Origin: Candidatus Multivoradales bacterium
GTDB lineage: Bacteria > Acidobacteriota > Thermoanaerobaculia > Multivoradales > JAHEKO01
Length of the DNA stretch: 64,000 bases
Direction: 5' to 3'
Assembly (NCBI GenBank): GCA_965223855.1
Contig: CBDCXM010000009.1
Location: 1-64,000 of the forward strand
Positions 7,719 to 17,462 of this stretch are shown here, in pieces. Each line of letters starts with the position of its first letter. The stretch's first letter is position 1. A program made the position numbers and the translations under genes. Under the pieces are notes generated by a model. The model ran no database searches, was not told the DNA's origin, and saw only the letters and a list, made by a program, of their open reading frames with translations.

Positions 7719-10130
7719 ATGAAGACGTTGTGTAGCCGATCCCTCTGCGCCCTCGCCGTGCTCGCCCTGACGGCAGCCGTGCCGGCCTCCGCCGGTGGCT
7801 TCCTGACCGGCCCGCAGGAGGGCGATCCTCTCGACCTCGCCGTCGCCTACATCGAGGCGAACGCCGACGAGCTCGGTCTCTCCTACGAGGACCTGGCCGA
7901 CTTCGTCGTCTCCGACCTCTACGAGAGCCGCCACAACGGCGTCACTCACGTCTACCTCCAGCAGCGTCTCGTCGGTGTCGAGGTGGTCAACGGCATCCTC
8001 AACGTCAACGTGATGAGCGACGGCCGGATCCTGAGTCTCGGCAACCGCTTCATCGGCTCGCTCGCCGCCAAGGCGAACGTGCTTTCGCCGACCCTCCAGC
8101 CCGAGTCCGCGGTAGGTGCCGCTCTTGCCGATCGCGGCATCTCGATGGTCGCCGCACCGGCACTCCTCGAGGTGATCGGCGGGCCGGCGTCGGAGAGCCG
8201 CTTCGACGGTTCCGGCCTCGTGCAGGGCGACATCGGCGCGAAGCTCAACTACCTCCAGACCGTAGACGGGGCGCGACTCGTCTGGAGCGTCCGCTTCGAC
8301 CAGCTCCGCACGTCCGACATGTGGAACATCTTCGTCGACGCCGTCTCGGGCGAGGTGCTCGGGCGCCACAACTACACGGTGCACGAGCGCGGCGGTGTCT
8401 TCAGCGACGCGCGCCGCACCGCCGGCAAGCCGGGGCCGACGGCGACGGAAGGGGGCGGCTGCGGCGCGGGTGACTGCTACCACGTCTTCGCCACTCCGAA
8501 GGAGAGCCCCAACGACGGGCCGCGCACCTACGAGACCGATCCGGCCGACGCGACTGCGTCGCCCTTCGGCTGGCACGACACCAACGGTGCCACTGGTGCG
8601 GAGTTCACCGATACCCGCGGCAACAACGTCGAGGCGCAGACCGACCTCGACGCCAACAACAACTTCGGCGGCCCCGACGTCCGCTCCGAGGGTGGCGCCG
8701 GCCTCGATTTCGACGAGCCGCTCGACCTCAACCTCGGCCCCGAGACCTACCGGGAGTTCGCGGTCGCCAACCTCTTCTACTGGAACAACATCATCCACGA
8801 CATGATGTACCTCTACGGCTTCGACGAGGCGAGCGGCAACTTCCAGCAGAACAACTACGGCAACGGCGGCAACGCCGGCGACCCGGTCCAGGCCGACGCG
8901 CAGGACGGCTCCGGCTGCAACAACGCGAACTTCGGCACACCCTCCGACGGTGGAGACGGTCGGATGCAGATGTTCGTGTGGACCGGCGTGCCGAATGCGG
9001 CCTTCGAAGTTCTCTCGGGAACCGCGGCCGGCGAGTACTCCGCCGCCAAGGGGTGCTGGGGCGGTGAGCTGAGCCCGCCGACCGTGGCCGTGCCGGAGGA
9101 CGTCAACGACGGCACGGGCACGCCGACTCAGGGTTGCAACGCCCTGATCGGGTTCACCCCCGGCAACATCGCGCTCATCGATCGCGGCGGCTGCGAGTTC
9201 GGCGTCAAGGCGCAGAACGCCGAGACGGCTGGAGCGGTCGGGGCGGTGATCGTCAACGACGACCAGAACGGCCCCAACGCCATCATCAGCATGGGCGCCG
9301 GCGCGGTCGGCGACTTCGTGACGATTCCGGCGATCATGATCGGTGACATCGACGGTGCCACCGTGCGCTCGGACCTCGAAAGCTCGAGCATGCAGCCCGA
9401 CACCAGCGGGAATGTCGATCGCGACAGCGATCTCGACGCCGGCATCATCGCCCACGAGTACGGCCACGGCGTCTCGAACCGTCTCACCGGCGGGCCGACC
9501 AGCGTCGGCTGCCTGCAGCATCCTGAGCAGGCGGGCGAGGGTTGGAGCGACTGGTTGACGCTGGCGCTCTTCCCGGATCCCTCCGACACGGCGACGACCG
9601 CGCGTGGCGTCGGTACCTACTCGGTCTTCCAGCCGTCCGACGGAGCGGGGATCCGCAACTTCCCGTACACCACCGACCTGGGCGTCAACCCTCAGACCTA
9701 CGAGGACATCGGCGCCACCAACATCCCGCACGGCGTGGGTGAGATCTGGGCGGCGATGCTGTGGGAGGTCTACTGGAACCTCGTCGACGATCTGGGCTTC
9801 GACCCCGATCTCTACAACGGTACCGGCGGCAACAACCTCGCGATTCAGCTGGTCAACGACGGCATGAAGCTGCAGCCGTGTGTCCCGACCTTCGTGCAGG
9901 CCCGCGACGCCATCCTCGCCGCCGATACGGCGCTGACCGGAGGCGCCAACCAGTGCGCGATCTGGACCGGCTTCGCCAAGCGTGGTCTCGGTTTCTCGGC
10001 CACCGCCGGTGGGACCGGCGTCGGTGACGAGACCGAGGCGTTCGACCTGCCCTCGACCTGCGGCACGGAAATCTTCACCGACGGATTCGAGAGCGGTGAC
10101 ACGTCCGCCTGGAGTAACACCATCCCCTAG
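7719..10130 (+). CDS. M36 (fungalysin) family metallopeptidase with propeptide and PA domain
   Basis: Signal peptide, HVYLQQ propeptide, HEYGH and GEGWSD, PA insert (IALIDRGGCEFGVKAQNA); the 1474-aa ORF call over-extends the 5' end. Confidence 0.9.
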   Translation: MKTLCSRSLCALAVLALTAAVPASAGGFLTGPQEGDPLDLAVAYIEANADELGLSYEDLADFVVSDLYESRHNGVTHVYLQQRLVGVEVVNGILNVNVMSDGRILSLGNRFIGSLAAKANVLSPTLQPESAVGAALADRGISMVAAPALLEVIGGPASESRFDGSGLVQGDIGAKLNYLQTVDGARLVWSVRFDQLRTSDMWNIFVDAVSGEVLGRHNYTVHERGGVFSDARRTAGKPGPTATEGGGCGAGDCYHVFATPKESPNDGPRTYETDPADATASPFGWHDTNGATGAEFTDTRGNNVEAQTDLDANNNFGGPDVRSEGGAGLDFDEPLDLNLGPETYREFAVANLFYWNNIIHDMMYLYGFDEASGNFQQNNYGNGGNAGDPVQADAQDGSGCNNANFGTPSDGGDGRMQMFVWTGVPNAAFEVLSGTAAGEYSAAKGCWGGELSPPTVAVPEDVNDGTGTPTQGCNALIGFTPGNIALIDRGGCEFGVKAQNAETAGAVGAVIVNDDQNGPNAIISMGAGAVGDFVTIPAIMIGDIDGATVRSDLESSSMQPDTSGNVDRDSDLDAGIIAHEYGHGVSNRLTGGPTSVGCLQHPEQAGEGWSDWLTLALFPDPSDTATTARGVGTYSVFQPSDGAGIRNFPYTTDLGVNPQTYEDIGATNIPHGVGEIWAAMLWEVYWNLVDDLGFDPDLYNGTGGNNLAIQLVNDGMKLQPCVPTFVQARDAILAADTALTGGANQCAIWTGFAKRGLGFSATAGGTGVGDETEAFDLPSTCGTEIFTDGFESGDTSAWSNTIP
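10071..10130 (+). other. C-terminal tag IFTDGFESGDTSAWSNTIP (copy 1)
   Basis: 15/19 aa identical to the C-terminus of the unrelated M28 peptidase. Confidence 0.75.
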
Positions 10131-10158
10131 GCGGCTCGCGTCAGAGGCTCAACTTCCC

Positions 10159-10190
10159 GGCGGCGGCCTCAGGGCCGCCGCCTTTTCTTT
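10159..10190 (+). terminator. Rho-independent terminator
   Basis: GGCGGCGGCC-tcag-GGCCGCCGCC followed by TTTTCTTT. Confidence 0.85.
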
Positions 10191-10196
10191 CTCGGT

Positions 10197-11033
10197 TCAG
10201 TCGCTGTCGTCCGAGCGGCCGAGTTCCCGCGACCGTCGCGCAGCCGCGCGGACCGCGTCTTCGACGAGCCCGCGGAAGCCCCGACCTTCGAGCACGTGCA
10301 TGGCGGCTGCTGTGGTGCCGCCGGGCGACGTCACCTGGTGGCGCAGTCTTCTCGCGCCCTTGTCCCCCTCGACGAGGAGCGCCCCCGCTCCTCTCAGGGT
10401 CTGGTAGACGAGCTTCTCCGCGACCGCGCGGGGGAGCCCCTCCCGGATCCCCGCCTCGGTGAGCGCCTCCGCCAGCAGGAAGGCGTAGGCGGGCCCGGTG
10501 CCCGAAACCGCGGTCACCGCATCGAGCAGGGACTCTTCGAGCACTTCGACGACGCCGACGGCGCGCAGCACCCTCATCGCGAGCTCGAGCTCGGCCTCAC
10601 CGGCATGGCGGCCTGCAGCCAGCCCCGTCATCCCCTCGCCGACCAGAGACGGCGTGTTGGGCATCGCCCTCACGACCGGCACCGCCCCGAGCGCGGATTC
10701 GAACTCGTGAGTCGGCACCCCCGCGGCGAGCGACACCACAACCTGAGAGGTGCCGATGGCACCCTCTACCTCGGACAAGAGGTCGGCGACGCTCTGCGGC
10801 TTGACCGCCACGACCACGACCTCGCGCCCCTCGAGCGCAGCGGTCACGGACAGATCACAGGCGACTCCGGTCGCCGCCTCGACCTCTCTCGCGCGCTCCT
10901 CGCGACGGACCGCGAGCGACAGTGCGTCGCGGCTCCAGCCGGCTCGCAGGAGCCCCCGAGTCAGGGCGAGGCCGATCTCTCCCACCCCGAGGATTGCGAC
11001 CGTCGGCTGGCGAGGTTGTCCTCGGTCGCTCAT
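10197..11033 (-). CDS. proC: Pyrroline-5-carboxylate reductase
   Basis: ILGVGEIG, RAMPNTP, SGTGPAY, VTSPGGTT. Confidence 0.95.
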   Translation of the reverse strand: MSDRGQPRQPTVAILGVGEIGLALTRGLLRAGWSRDALSLAVRREERAREVEAATGVACDLSVTAALEGREVVVVAVKPQSVADLLSEVEGAIGTSQVVVSLAAGVPTHEFESALGAVPVVRAMPNTPSLVGEGMTGLAAGRHAGEAELELAMRVLRAVGVVEVLEESLLDAVTAVSGTGPAYAFLLAEALTEAGIREGLPRAVAEKLVYQTLRGAGALLVEGDKGARRLRHQVTSPGGTTAAAMHVLEGRGFRGLVEDAVRAAARRSRELGRSDDSD

Positions 11034-12244
11034 TCGGCGAGGCTGATCAGTTCGACTTCGAGATCTCTCGTCTCCCCGTCGCGGCGCACCGTGAGGACGA
11101 CGGTAGCCCCGATGCCGGCACGCTCGAAGGCGGTCGCCAGATCGTCGAAGCTCCTCACCGGTTCGCCGTCCACCGAGACGATGACGTCGCCGAGATAGGT
11201 GCGTCCGCCGCGCGAGCGCCGGATGCCCTCGAGGCCGGCACGGTCGGCCGGCCCGTCACGAAGAACGGACTGGATCGCCACACCCTCGATCCGATTGCGG
11301 CGCGCCAGGCTCTCCGGAAGGAGGTTGACGCCGATACCCGGCTGCACCGGCCGACCGAACTCGATCAGCTCCGGCACCAGGCGGGTGACCGTGTCCACGG
11401 GAACGGCGAAACCGATCCCCGCCGAGGCGCCGCTGGGGGAGAAGATCGCCGAGTTCACGCCGATCAGGCGGCCCCGCGAGTCGAGCAGCGGGCCGCCGGA
11501 ATTGCCCGGGTTGATCGCCGCGTCGGTCTGGATCACGTCCCGGATCGTCCGTCCCGAGGGCGAGCGGAGCTCGCGACCGAGAGCGCTGAGCACCCCGACC
11601 GTCAGCGTCTGATCGAGCCCGAACGGGTTGCCGATGGCGAGCACCCGCTGCCCGACCACCAGGTCGCGCGAGCGCCCGGGGGCCAGCGGCTCGAGGACCT
11701 CCCGCGGCGCGTCGAGTCGCAGGACGGCGAGGTCCTTGTCGGGCGCCACGCCGACCAGGTCGGCCTCGTAGCTCGACTGATCGGCGAGCGTCACCGTCCA
11801 GCGACGCCCACCCTCGATGACGTGGAAGTTGGTGACGATGTGGCCGTCGCGATCCCATACGAAACCGCTGCCCGAACCCTGCGGCATCTCGGTGACGTCG
11901 AGCGAGAAGATGTTGCGCCGTACCGCGACCAGGTTGGTGATGTTGACCACCGAGAGTGAAGCGCGACGGAAGACCTCGATGTCCCCCCTCTCCGTCGAAG
12001 AGAGATCTCGCGGAATCGGGCTCTCCGCCGGGCCTTCGGGAGCCGGCAGCGGCTCCACGGCTCCCGGTACATCGCCCGTCGGCGGTTCGGAGCCTGGTTC
12101 GGAGAGCAACTCGGAGGCCCCCGCACCACGAGCCTGCGCGCCGACGCTCTGCGCCACCAGGTTGCCTCCGGACGCGATCATGAGGCCGATCGCCACCCCC
12201 GCTCCGACGAGCAACACGACCTTGGCGATGGTTCCGAGCTTCAT
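11030..12244 (-). CDS. HtrA/DegP-like trypsin serine protease with one PDZ domain
   Basis: TNFHV, DLAV and GNSGGP triad motifs; C-terminal PDZ; N-terminal anchor. Confidence 0.92.
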   Translation of the reverse strand: MKLGTIAKVVLLVGAGVAIGLMIASGGNLVAQSVGAQARGAGASELLSEPGSEPPTGDVPGAVEPLPAPEGPAESPIPRDLSSTERGDIEVFRRASLSVVNITNLVAVRRNIFSLDVTEMPQGSGSGFVWDRDGHIVTNFHVIEGGRRWTVTLADQSSYEADLVGVAPDKDLAVLRLDAPREVLEPLAPGRSRDLVVGQRVLAIGNPFGLDQTLTVGVLSALGRELRSPSGRTIRDVIQTDAAINPGNSGGPLLDSRGRLIGVNSAIFSPSGASAGIGFAVPVDTVTRLVPELIEFGRPVQPGIGVNLLPESLARRNRIEGVAIQSVLRDGPADRAGLEGIRRSRGGRTYLGDVIVSVDGEPVRSFDDLATAFERAGIGATVVLTVRRDGETRDLEVELISLAE

Positions 12245-12284
12245 GGCAGCCTCCCGGCTCGACGAGCCGCTCACGACTCCCCTG

Positions 12285-13286
12285 CTAAGCAATCCTCGAG
12301 CCAAGGCGGCCACGCACGGGGACGAATCCCTCCGGCGGCGACCAGTCGCCGTGCTTCCAGCGGCTGTGAGCCCACAGGTACTGCTCCGGAGCGCCGCGAA
12401 TCACTCTTTCGAGCTCGGCGTGAAGGCGCCCGAGCACCGCCCTGATGTCAGCCTCGCGATCGCCTGTCGGAGCGTGCCGAATCGGCTCGGAGAACGTCAC
12501 CTCGAACCGGCCGGGCGCCAAGCGGGCGCAGGATGCGAAAACGAGCGGCGCCTTGGTGACGAGATGCAGCATCGCCGCCGTCACGTGCGTGGCGGCGTTG
12601 CGACCGAAGAACTCGAGTTGGATCCCCTCGCCGCGGGCATCGAGATCGATCAGCAACGCCAGAGCCTCGCCTCTCCCCAGCGTCTCGGTGTAGCGCGTCG
12701 GCGAGCCGAACCACTCGTCGACCAGCCGGAAGCGCTCGGCCGGCTTGCGGCGCCGAAGAAAGCTGTCCACCCTCGGGTTCGAGACCCTTCGTGCGGCCGC
12801 CGTCAGCGGCTTGAAGCGGGCAAACGCCTGCCCGCCGATCTCCCAGTTGCCGAAGTGACCGGTGGCGATCAGAAGCCCCCGGTCCGGGTCGTCGAGGAGG
12901 CTCTCGACCGCTTCGGGGATCCGGAAGACGACCGCTTCTTCATCGGCCAGGATCCGCGGCGCTCGCAGCGTTTCGACGAGGACGGTGGCGAAGTGCCGCG
13001 CCGACGCGCGTGCCAGTCGGGCCGCTTCCCGCTCGCTCCCTGCCAGCCCGGACCTCTTCAGGTTGTCGATCGCCACCCGCCGCCTTCGTCGGTCGAGAGC
13101 GTACGCCAGGTCGGCGAGACGCCGCGCGCCTGCCACGGCCCAGGAGAGCGGGAGCAGGTCGATCACCGCGACCAGCAGACGCATCGCTGCGTACTCGACT
13201 GCGTGTCGCAGTTTCTTCGCCGGCCGGAAGTCTCGTCGCTCGGCGGGAGCGCCGACGACGGCCTCGGGGCCGGCCGTGGCCTTCAC
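12285..13286 (-). CDS. Lysophospholipid/lipid A late acyltransferase family (LpxL/HtrB-like)
   Basis: TGHFGNWE, FFGR, PEQYLWAHSRWK. Confidence 0.85.
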   Translation of the reverse strand: MKATAGPEAVVGAPAERRDFRPAKKLRHAVEYAAMRLLVAVIDLLPLSWAVAGARRLADLAYALDRRRRRVAIDNLKRSGLAGSEREAARLARASARHFATVLVETLRAPRILADEEAVVFRIPEAVESLLDDPDRGLLIATGHFGNWEIGGQAFARFKPLTAAARRVSNPRVDSFLRRRKPAERFRLVDEWFGSPTRYTETLGRGEALALLIDLDARGEGIQLEFFGRNAATHVTAAMLHLVTKAPLVFASCARLAPGRFEVTFSEPIRHAPTGDREADIRAVLGRLHAELERVIRGAPEQYLWAHSRWKHGDWSPPEGFVPVRGRLGSRIA

Positions 13287-13534
13287 GCCGCCGCGGACCG
13301 CTCGGCGAGCAGAGTCACGAGTTCACCGACCGTCTGCAGGTCCATGACGTCGCTCGCGTCCAACTCGATGCCGAACTCCTGTTCGATCCCGTAAAGGACA
13401 TCGAGGATCGAGAGCGAGTCGAAGCCGAGCGACTCGACGGTCGTCTCCTCCGAGAGGACACTCCAGTCGATCGGCTCGGTGGCGGAGTCCTCGAGGACCC
13501 CGCGCAGACGTGCGAGCAGTTCGGAACGTTCCAT
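13283..13534 (-). CDS. Acyl carrier protein
   Basis: Acidic 83 aa, LGFDSL phosphopantetheine site, IEQEFGI. Confidence 0.9.
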   Translation of the reverse strand: MERSELLARLRGVLEDSATEPIDWSVLSEETTVESLGFDSLSILDVLYGIEQEFGIELDASDVMDLQTVGELVTLLAERSAAA

Positions 13535-13567
13535 CGGCGGGAGCCTACAACAACCCGCCGGAGGGCT

Positions 13568-14809
13568 TCACGCGCCGCCCAGCACCAGCACGCCGTTCCC
13601 ACCCCCGAAGCCGAAGCTGTTCTTGATCGCGAGCCCGCGTTCGAGCTTCTCGGGCCGGGAGCCGACGAGCCGGACGTCGCACTCCGGATCCGGGTTGCGC
13701 AGGTTGAAGTTCGGCGGGATCTCGCCCCGCTCGAGAGCGAGCAGAGTCACGACCGACTCGATCGCACCCGAGGCTCCGAGTGTGTGGCCGAAATAGGACT
13801 TGTTCGACCCTACCGGCACCTCGGAAGCGACTTCTCCGAGCGCAATCCTGAGGGCCGCGCTCTCGGTCGAGTCGTTGGCGCGCGTCGCGGTCCCGTGAGC
13901 GTTGACGTAGCCGAGATCCTCCGGCTTCACGCCCGCCGAACGCAGCGCACGTTCGATCGCGCGCGCCTGCCCCTCGGCCGAGGGCCCGGTGATGTGACCG
14001 GCATCGGAGGATTCGCCGTAGCCGAGGATTCTCCCGCGCGGTGTGACCCCGCGGCGCACCGCAGACTCCTCGCTTTCGAGCACGAGCACCGCTGCCGCCT
14101 CGCCCAATGTGGTCCCTTCGCGCTCGGCGTCGAACGGCCTGCAGACGAAGTCGGGATCGGGGTTGGGCGAGAGGACGCCTATGTTGTTCCACACACCGTA
14201 GAAGAACGGATCGACCGTCGCCTCGGAGCCGCCGGTGACCGCGATGTCGAACTCACCGTCCCGTACCCGCTTGAAGGCGTCGCCGATCGCATTGGTGCTC
14301 GAAGTACACGCGGAGATGACGACGTAGTTCGGCCCTGTGAGCTTGAACTGCATCGACACGTTGGCCGAGATCGAGTTCGACATCACGCGAGGCACTGTGC
14401 TCGGCAGAAGACCCTTCGGCCCTCTCGTGTGGAAACGCTGATAGGCCTCGAACATCGACTGCGTCGAGCCACAGGCGGTACCGAGAATCGTCGGGATCTC
14501 CTGCGGCTCGTGCGGCGCTTCACCGATCACCTGCGCCTGAGTCAGCGCCCGCTCGGCCGCCACCAGGACCAGGTCGAGGGCGCGGTCCATCGGCCGGCGC
14601 CCCATCGCCTCGAGCTCGGGGCGGAAGAGGCCGTCGTCGATCTGCGCCGCCATCTCGACCTTGTAAGGAGAGGCGAACGCATCGGTGTCGAAGGCCGTCA
14701 GGGGCGAGATCCCGGTCTTCCCCGTCGAAAGCCGATCCCACAGCGAGTCGTCGTCCGTCCCCAGAGGGGTGACGAAGCCGATGCCGGTCACCATCACACG
14801 TCGACCCAT
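13568..14809 (-). CDS. fabF: Beta-ketoacyl-ACP synthase II family
   Basis: SACTSS, NAHGTAT, KSYFGHTLGA, NSFGFGG. Confidence 0.9.
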   Translation of the reverse strand: MGRRVMVTGIGFVTPLGTDDDSLWDRLSTGKTGISPLTAFDTDAFASPYKVEMAAQIDDGLFRPELEAMGRRPMDRALDLVLVAAERALTQAQVIGEAPHEPQEIPTILGTACGSTQSMFEAYQRFHTRGPKGLLPSTVPRVMSNSISANVSMQFKLTGPNYVVISACTSSTNAIGDAFKRVRDGEFDIAVTGGSEATVDPFFYGVWNNIGVLSPNPDPDFVCRPFDAEREGTTLGEAAAVLVLESEESAVRRGVTPRGRILGYGESSDAGHITGPSAEGQARAIERALRSAGVKPEDLGYVNAHGTATRANDSTESAALRIALGEVASEVPVGSNKSYFGHTLGASGAIESVVTLLALERGEIPPNFNLRNPDPECDVRLVGSRPEKLERGLAIKNSFGFGGGNGVLVLGGA

Positions 14810-14816
14810 GCCCGAG

Positions 14817-15563
14817 CTACCCTCCCATCCACAGACCGCCGTCGACGTGCAGCACCTGACCCGTGACGTAAGCGGCATCCTCGCCGAGCAGGAAGAGGAT
14901 CGACGCAGCGACGTCCTCGGGTGTGGCCAGTCGCCCCAGCGGGATCGCCAGTCCGTCCCGTCGCTCGGCGGAAAGATCGGCGGTCAGGTCGGTATCGACG
15001 AAGCCCGGCGAGACCGCGTTGCAGCGGATGCCGAAACGAGCCGCCTCGAACGCGAGGCTCTTCGTCAGGCTGACGAGGGCGGCCTTCGACGCCGCGTAGT
15101 CGGCGCCCATCCACTTGCCCGGGCCGTGAGCGGCGATCGAGGCGACGTTGACGATCGCTCCCGACCGCTGACGTCGCATGGCGTTGTACGCCGCCTGCGA
15201 GGCGAGGAAGGCCGCCTCGAGGTTCACCGACTGCGTGCGACGCCAACCCTCGAGGTCGAGCGCCCTGAAGGGCCGGGCGGCTCCGCCACCAGCGTTGTTC
15301 ACCAGCCCGTCGAGGCGGCCGAAATGCTGGACCACCTGCTCCACCAGCCGGCCGGTCCACTCGGGATTCGTCAGATCTCCGGCCACGACCTGGATCTGCT
15401 CCCCTCCGCCGAGATCCTCCCGGACCCCTTCGCACCGTTCGTGGCTCCTTCCGTGAATCGCCACCCGGGCGCCCGCTCCCAGCAGCGCCTCGGCGGTCGC
15501 CCGACCGATCCCGCGGGTGGAGCCGGTGACGAGGACCACTTTCCCCTCGAGGGCGGCGCCCAT
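14817..15563 (-). CDS. fabG: SDR oxidoreductase, 3-oxoacyl-ACP reductase-like
   Basis: TGSTRGIG, NNAG, YAASK; adjacent to fabF and ACP. Confidence 0.8.
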   Translation of the reverse strand: MGAALEGKVVLVTGSTRGIGRATAEALLGAGARVAIHGRSHERCEGVREDLGGGEQIQVVAGDLTNPEWTGRLVEQVVQHFGRLDGLVNNAGGGAARPFRALDLEGWRRTQSVNLEAAFLASQAAYNAMRRQRSGAIVNVASIAAHGPGKWMGADYAASKAALVSLTKSLAFEAARFGIRCNAVSPGFVDTDLTADLSAERRDGLAIPLGRLATPEDVAASILFLLGEDAAYVTGQVLHVDGGLWMGG

Positions 15564-16453
15564 CAGAAGAGCCTGTCCGCCGCCAGCACGCCGAGCACCA
15601 GTGGCAGGTAGAGCACGGAGGCCAGCAGCACCCGCCGGGCCGTCGATCGGTCGCGCCGACGCGCGAACCCGACCGCCGCCGCCGTATAGCCGAGCCCCAG
15701 CAGGGCGGCGCCGACGAAGTAGCCGATGCCGGCGAGCCCGGCTACGGTGGGCGCCAGAGAAACCGGCAGCAGGGCGACGCTGTAGAGCACCATCTGCCGC
15801 GCCGTGCTGCCGCCGTCCGGCTGCACGACCGGGAGCATCGGGAAGCCGGCGCGGGCGTAGTCGTCGCGCCACATCCAGGCGATCGCCAGGAAATGCGGCA
15901 GCTGCCACAGGAAAAGGATCGAGAAGAGGATCCAGGCGCCGAAGTGAACTCCGCCGGCGACCGCCGCCCACCCCATCATCGGTGGGATCGCCCCCGGCAC
16001 GGCTCCGACGATCGTCGCCAGGGAGCTCTTCGGCTTGAGCGGCGTGTAGATGGCGACGTAGCCGAGAAACGCCACCAGTCCCAGCAGCGCCGTCGGCAGG
16101 TTGACCCGCCATGCGAGCAGCAGCAGTCCCGCAGACCCGAGCAACAGGCCGAACGTGGCGGCACCGCGGATCGTGATCCGCCCCGCCGCCACCGGGCGGT
16201 TGGCGGTCCTTTCCATCCGCGCGTCGAGCCCCGCCTCGAGGGCGTGGTTGAGCGCCGACGATCCCGCGGCGACGAGCCAGGTGCCGATCAGGGTCGCGGC
16301 GACCAGCTCGGCCGGCGCCGCGACCAGCGACGCGAGCAGCATGCCGATACCGGCCGTCAGGATCACCATGAGCGTGATCCGCGGCTTCGTCAGATCGACC
16401 CAGTCGGCGATCGAAGCGTCGCTCGTCGCCAGGGTGGCGGCCCCGTCGCTCAT
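15563..16453 (-). CDS. cyoE: Protoheme IX farnesyltransferase (heme O synthase)
   Basis: LTKPRI, DARMERTANRP, YTPLK, LWQLPHF. Confidence 0.95.
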   Translation of the reverse strand: MSDGAATLATSDASIADWVDLTKPRITLMVILTAGIGMLLASLVAAPAELVAATLIGTWLVAAGSSALNHALEAGLDARMERTANRPVAAGRITIRGAATFGLLLGSAGLLLLAWRVNLPTALLGLVAFLGYVAIYTPLKPKSSLATIVGAVPGAIPPMMGWAAVAGGVHFGAWILFSILFLWQLPHFLAIAWMWRDDYARAGFPMLPVVQPDGGSTARQMVLYSVALLPVSLAPTVAGLAGIGYFVGAALLGLGYTAAAVGFARRRDRSTARRVLLASVLYLPLVLGVLAADRLF

Positions 16454-17394
16454 GCCGCCACCGCCGCCTCACCTTCGACAGGCGAGTCCCCCCGCGCCGG
16501 CACCTCACAGCGCCGCCAGTTTCTGAGCGTCACCCACCACGTGAGAGCGAAGAGACACGCTCCGGTCGGTACGTGCAGGGTGTTCGGCAGCACCGCCCGC
16601 TCCGTCCAGATGATCGTCGCTCCGAGCGAGACCTGCAGAGCCAGAAGGCTCGCGAGGCCGCCGGCCAGCAACCGATCGACACCGCGACGCCGCCACAGCC
16701 TCGCGACCAGCGTCAGGAGAACCACGGTCACGACGAGGGCGCCCAACCGGTGGCCGAAGTGCACGGCGATGCCGGCGCCGAAGCGGTCGGGCCACCAGCC
16801 GCCGAACATCGTCGGGAAGTCCGGAATCGCGAGGCCCGAGCCGGTGTGACGTACCAGGGCACCCAGCAGGATCTGCAGATAGACGAGCACAGTGGCCGCC
16901 GCGGAGAGCGTCGCCAGGGAGCGCGATACCGGCGAGCTATCGAGCCGGCCCTCGCGGCTCCAGCCGGCGGAGGTCGCCACCGCCACGGTGACGACGAGAC
17001 ACAGAAAGAGCTGAGCGAGTCCGGCGTGCGAGATCGAGATCGCCGGCGGCAGGAAGAACAGCACCGTCAGGCCGCCGAGCAGCGCCTGCAGAAGCACGGT
17101 CGCGAAGGCCGCCCAGGCGAGGCGCTTCAGCCAGCGACGCGACTCCACCCGTTGGGTCCAGGCGGCGAGCACGAACGTCAACAGCGCGATGGTCCCGGCG
17201 AAGAGGCGGTGACCGTGCTCCGCCCGCACGGTCTCGATCCGCCACCAGTTGGGCGGATTGAGACCACCGTAGGAGGTCGGCCAGTCGGGCACCGAAAGGC
17301 CCGCCTCGAGGCTCTTGACGAGCCCGCCGGCGCCGATGAGCCCGATGATGCCGAGCACCAGGAAGACGGCGAAGCGGTGGAGTCCCCGGCTCAT
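16450..17394 (-). CDS. ctaA: Heme A synthase (COX15/CtaA family)
   Basis: PDWP, EHGHR, HFGHR, eight TMs; adjacent to heme O synthase. Confidence 0.9.
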   Translation of the reverse strand: MSRGLHRFAVFLVLGIIGLIGAGGLVKSLEAGLSVPDWPTSYGGLNPPNWWRIETVRAEHGHRLFAGTIALLTFVLAAWTQRVESRRWLKRLAWAAFATVLLQALLGGLTVLFFLPPAISISHAGLAQLFLCLVVTVAVATSAGWSREGRLDSSPVSRSLATLSAAATVLVYLQILLGALVRHTGSGLAIPDFPTMFGGWWPDRFGAGIAVHFGHRLGALVVTVVLLTLVARLWRRRGVDRLLAGGLASLLALQVSLGATIIWTERAVLPNTLHVPTGACLFALTWWVTLRNWRRCEVPARGDSPVEGEAAVAA

Positions 17395-17420
17395 CGTTTC
17401 AGTCTATCCCTCGTGGCGAA

Positions 17421-17451
17421 CGAAAACGGCCGGCTCTCTCGAGCCGGCCGT
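17421..17451 (-). terminator. Putative rho-independent terminator
   Basis: Minus strand ACGGCCGGCTC-gaga-GAGCCGGCCGT-TTTCG. Confidence 0.6.
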
Positions 17452-17462
17452 CGAAAGAACTC

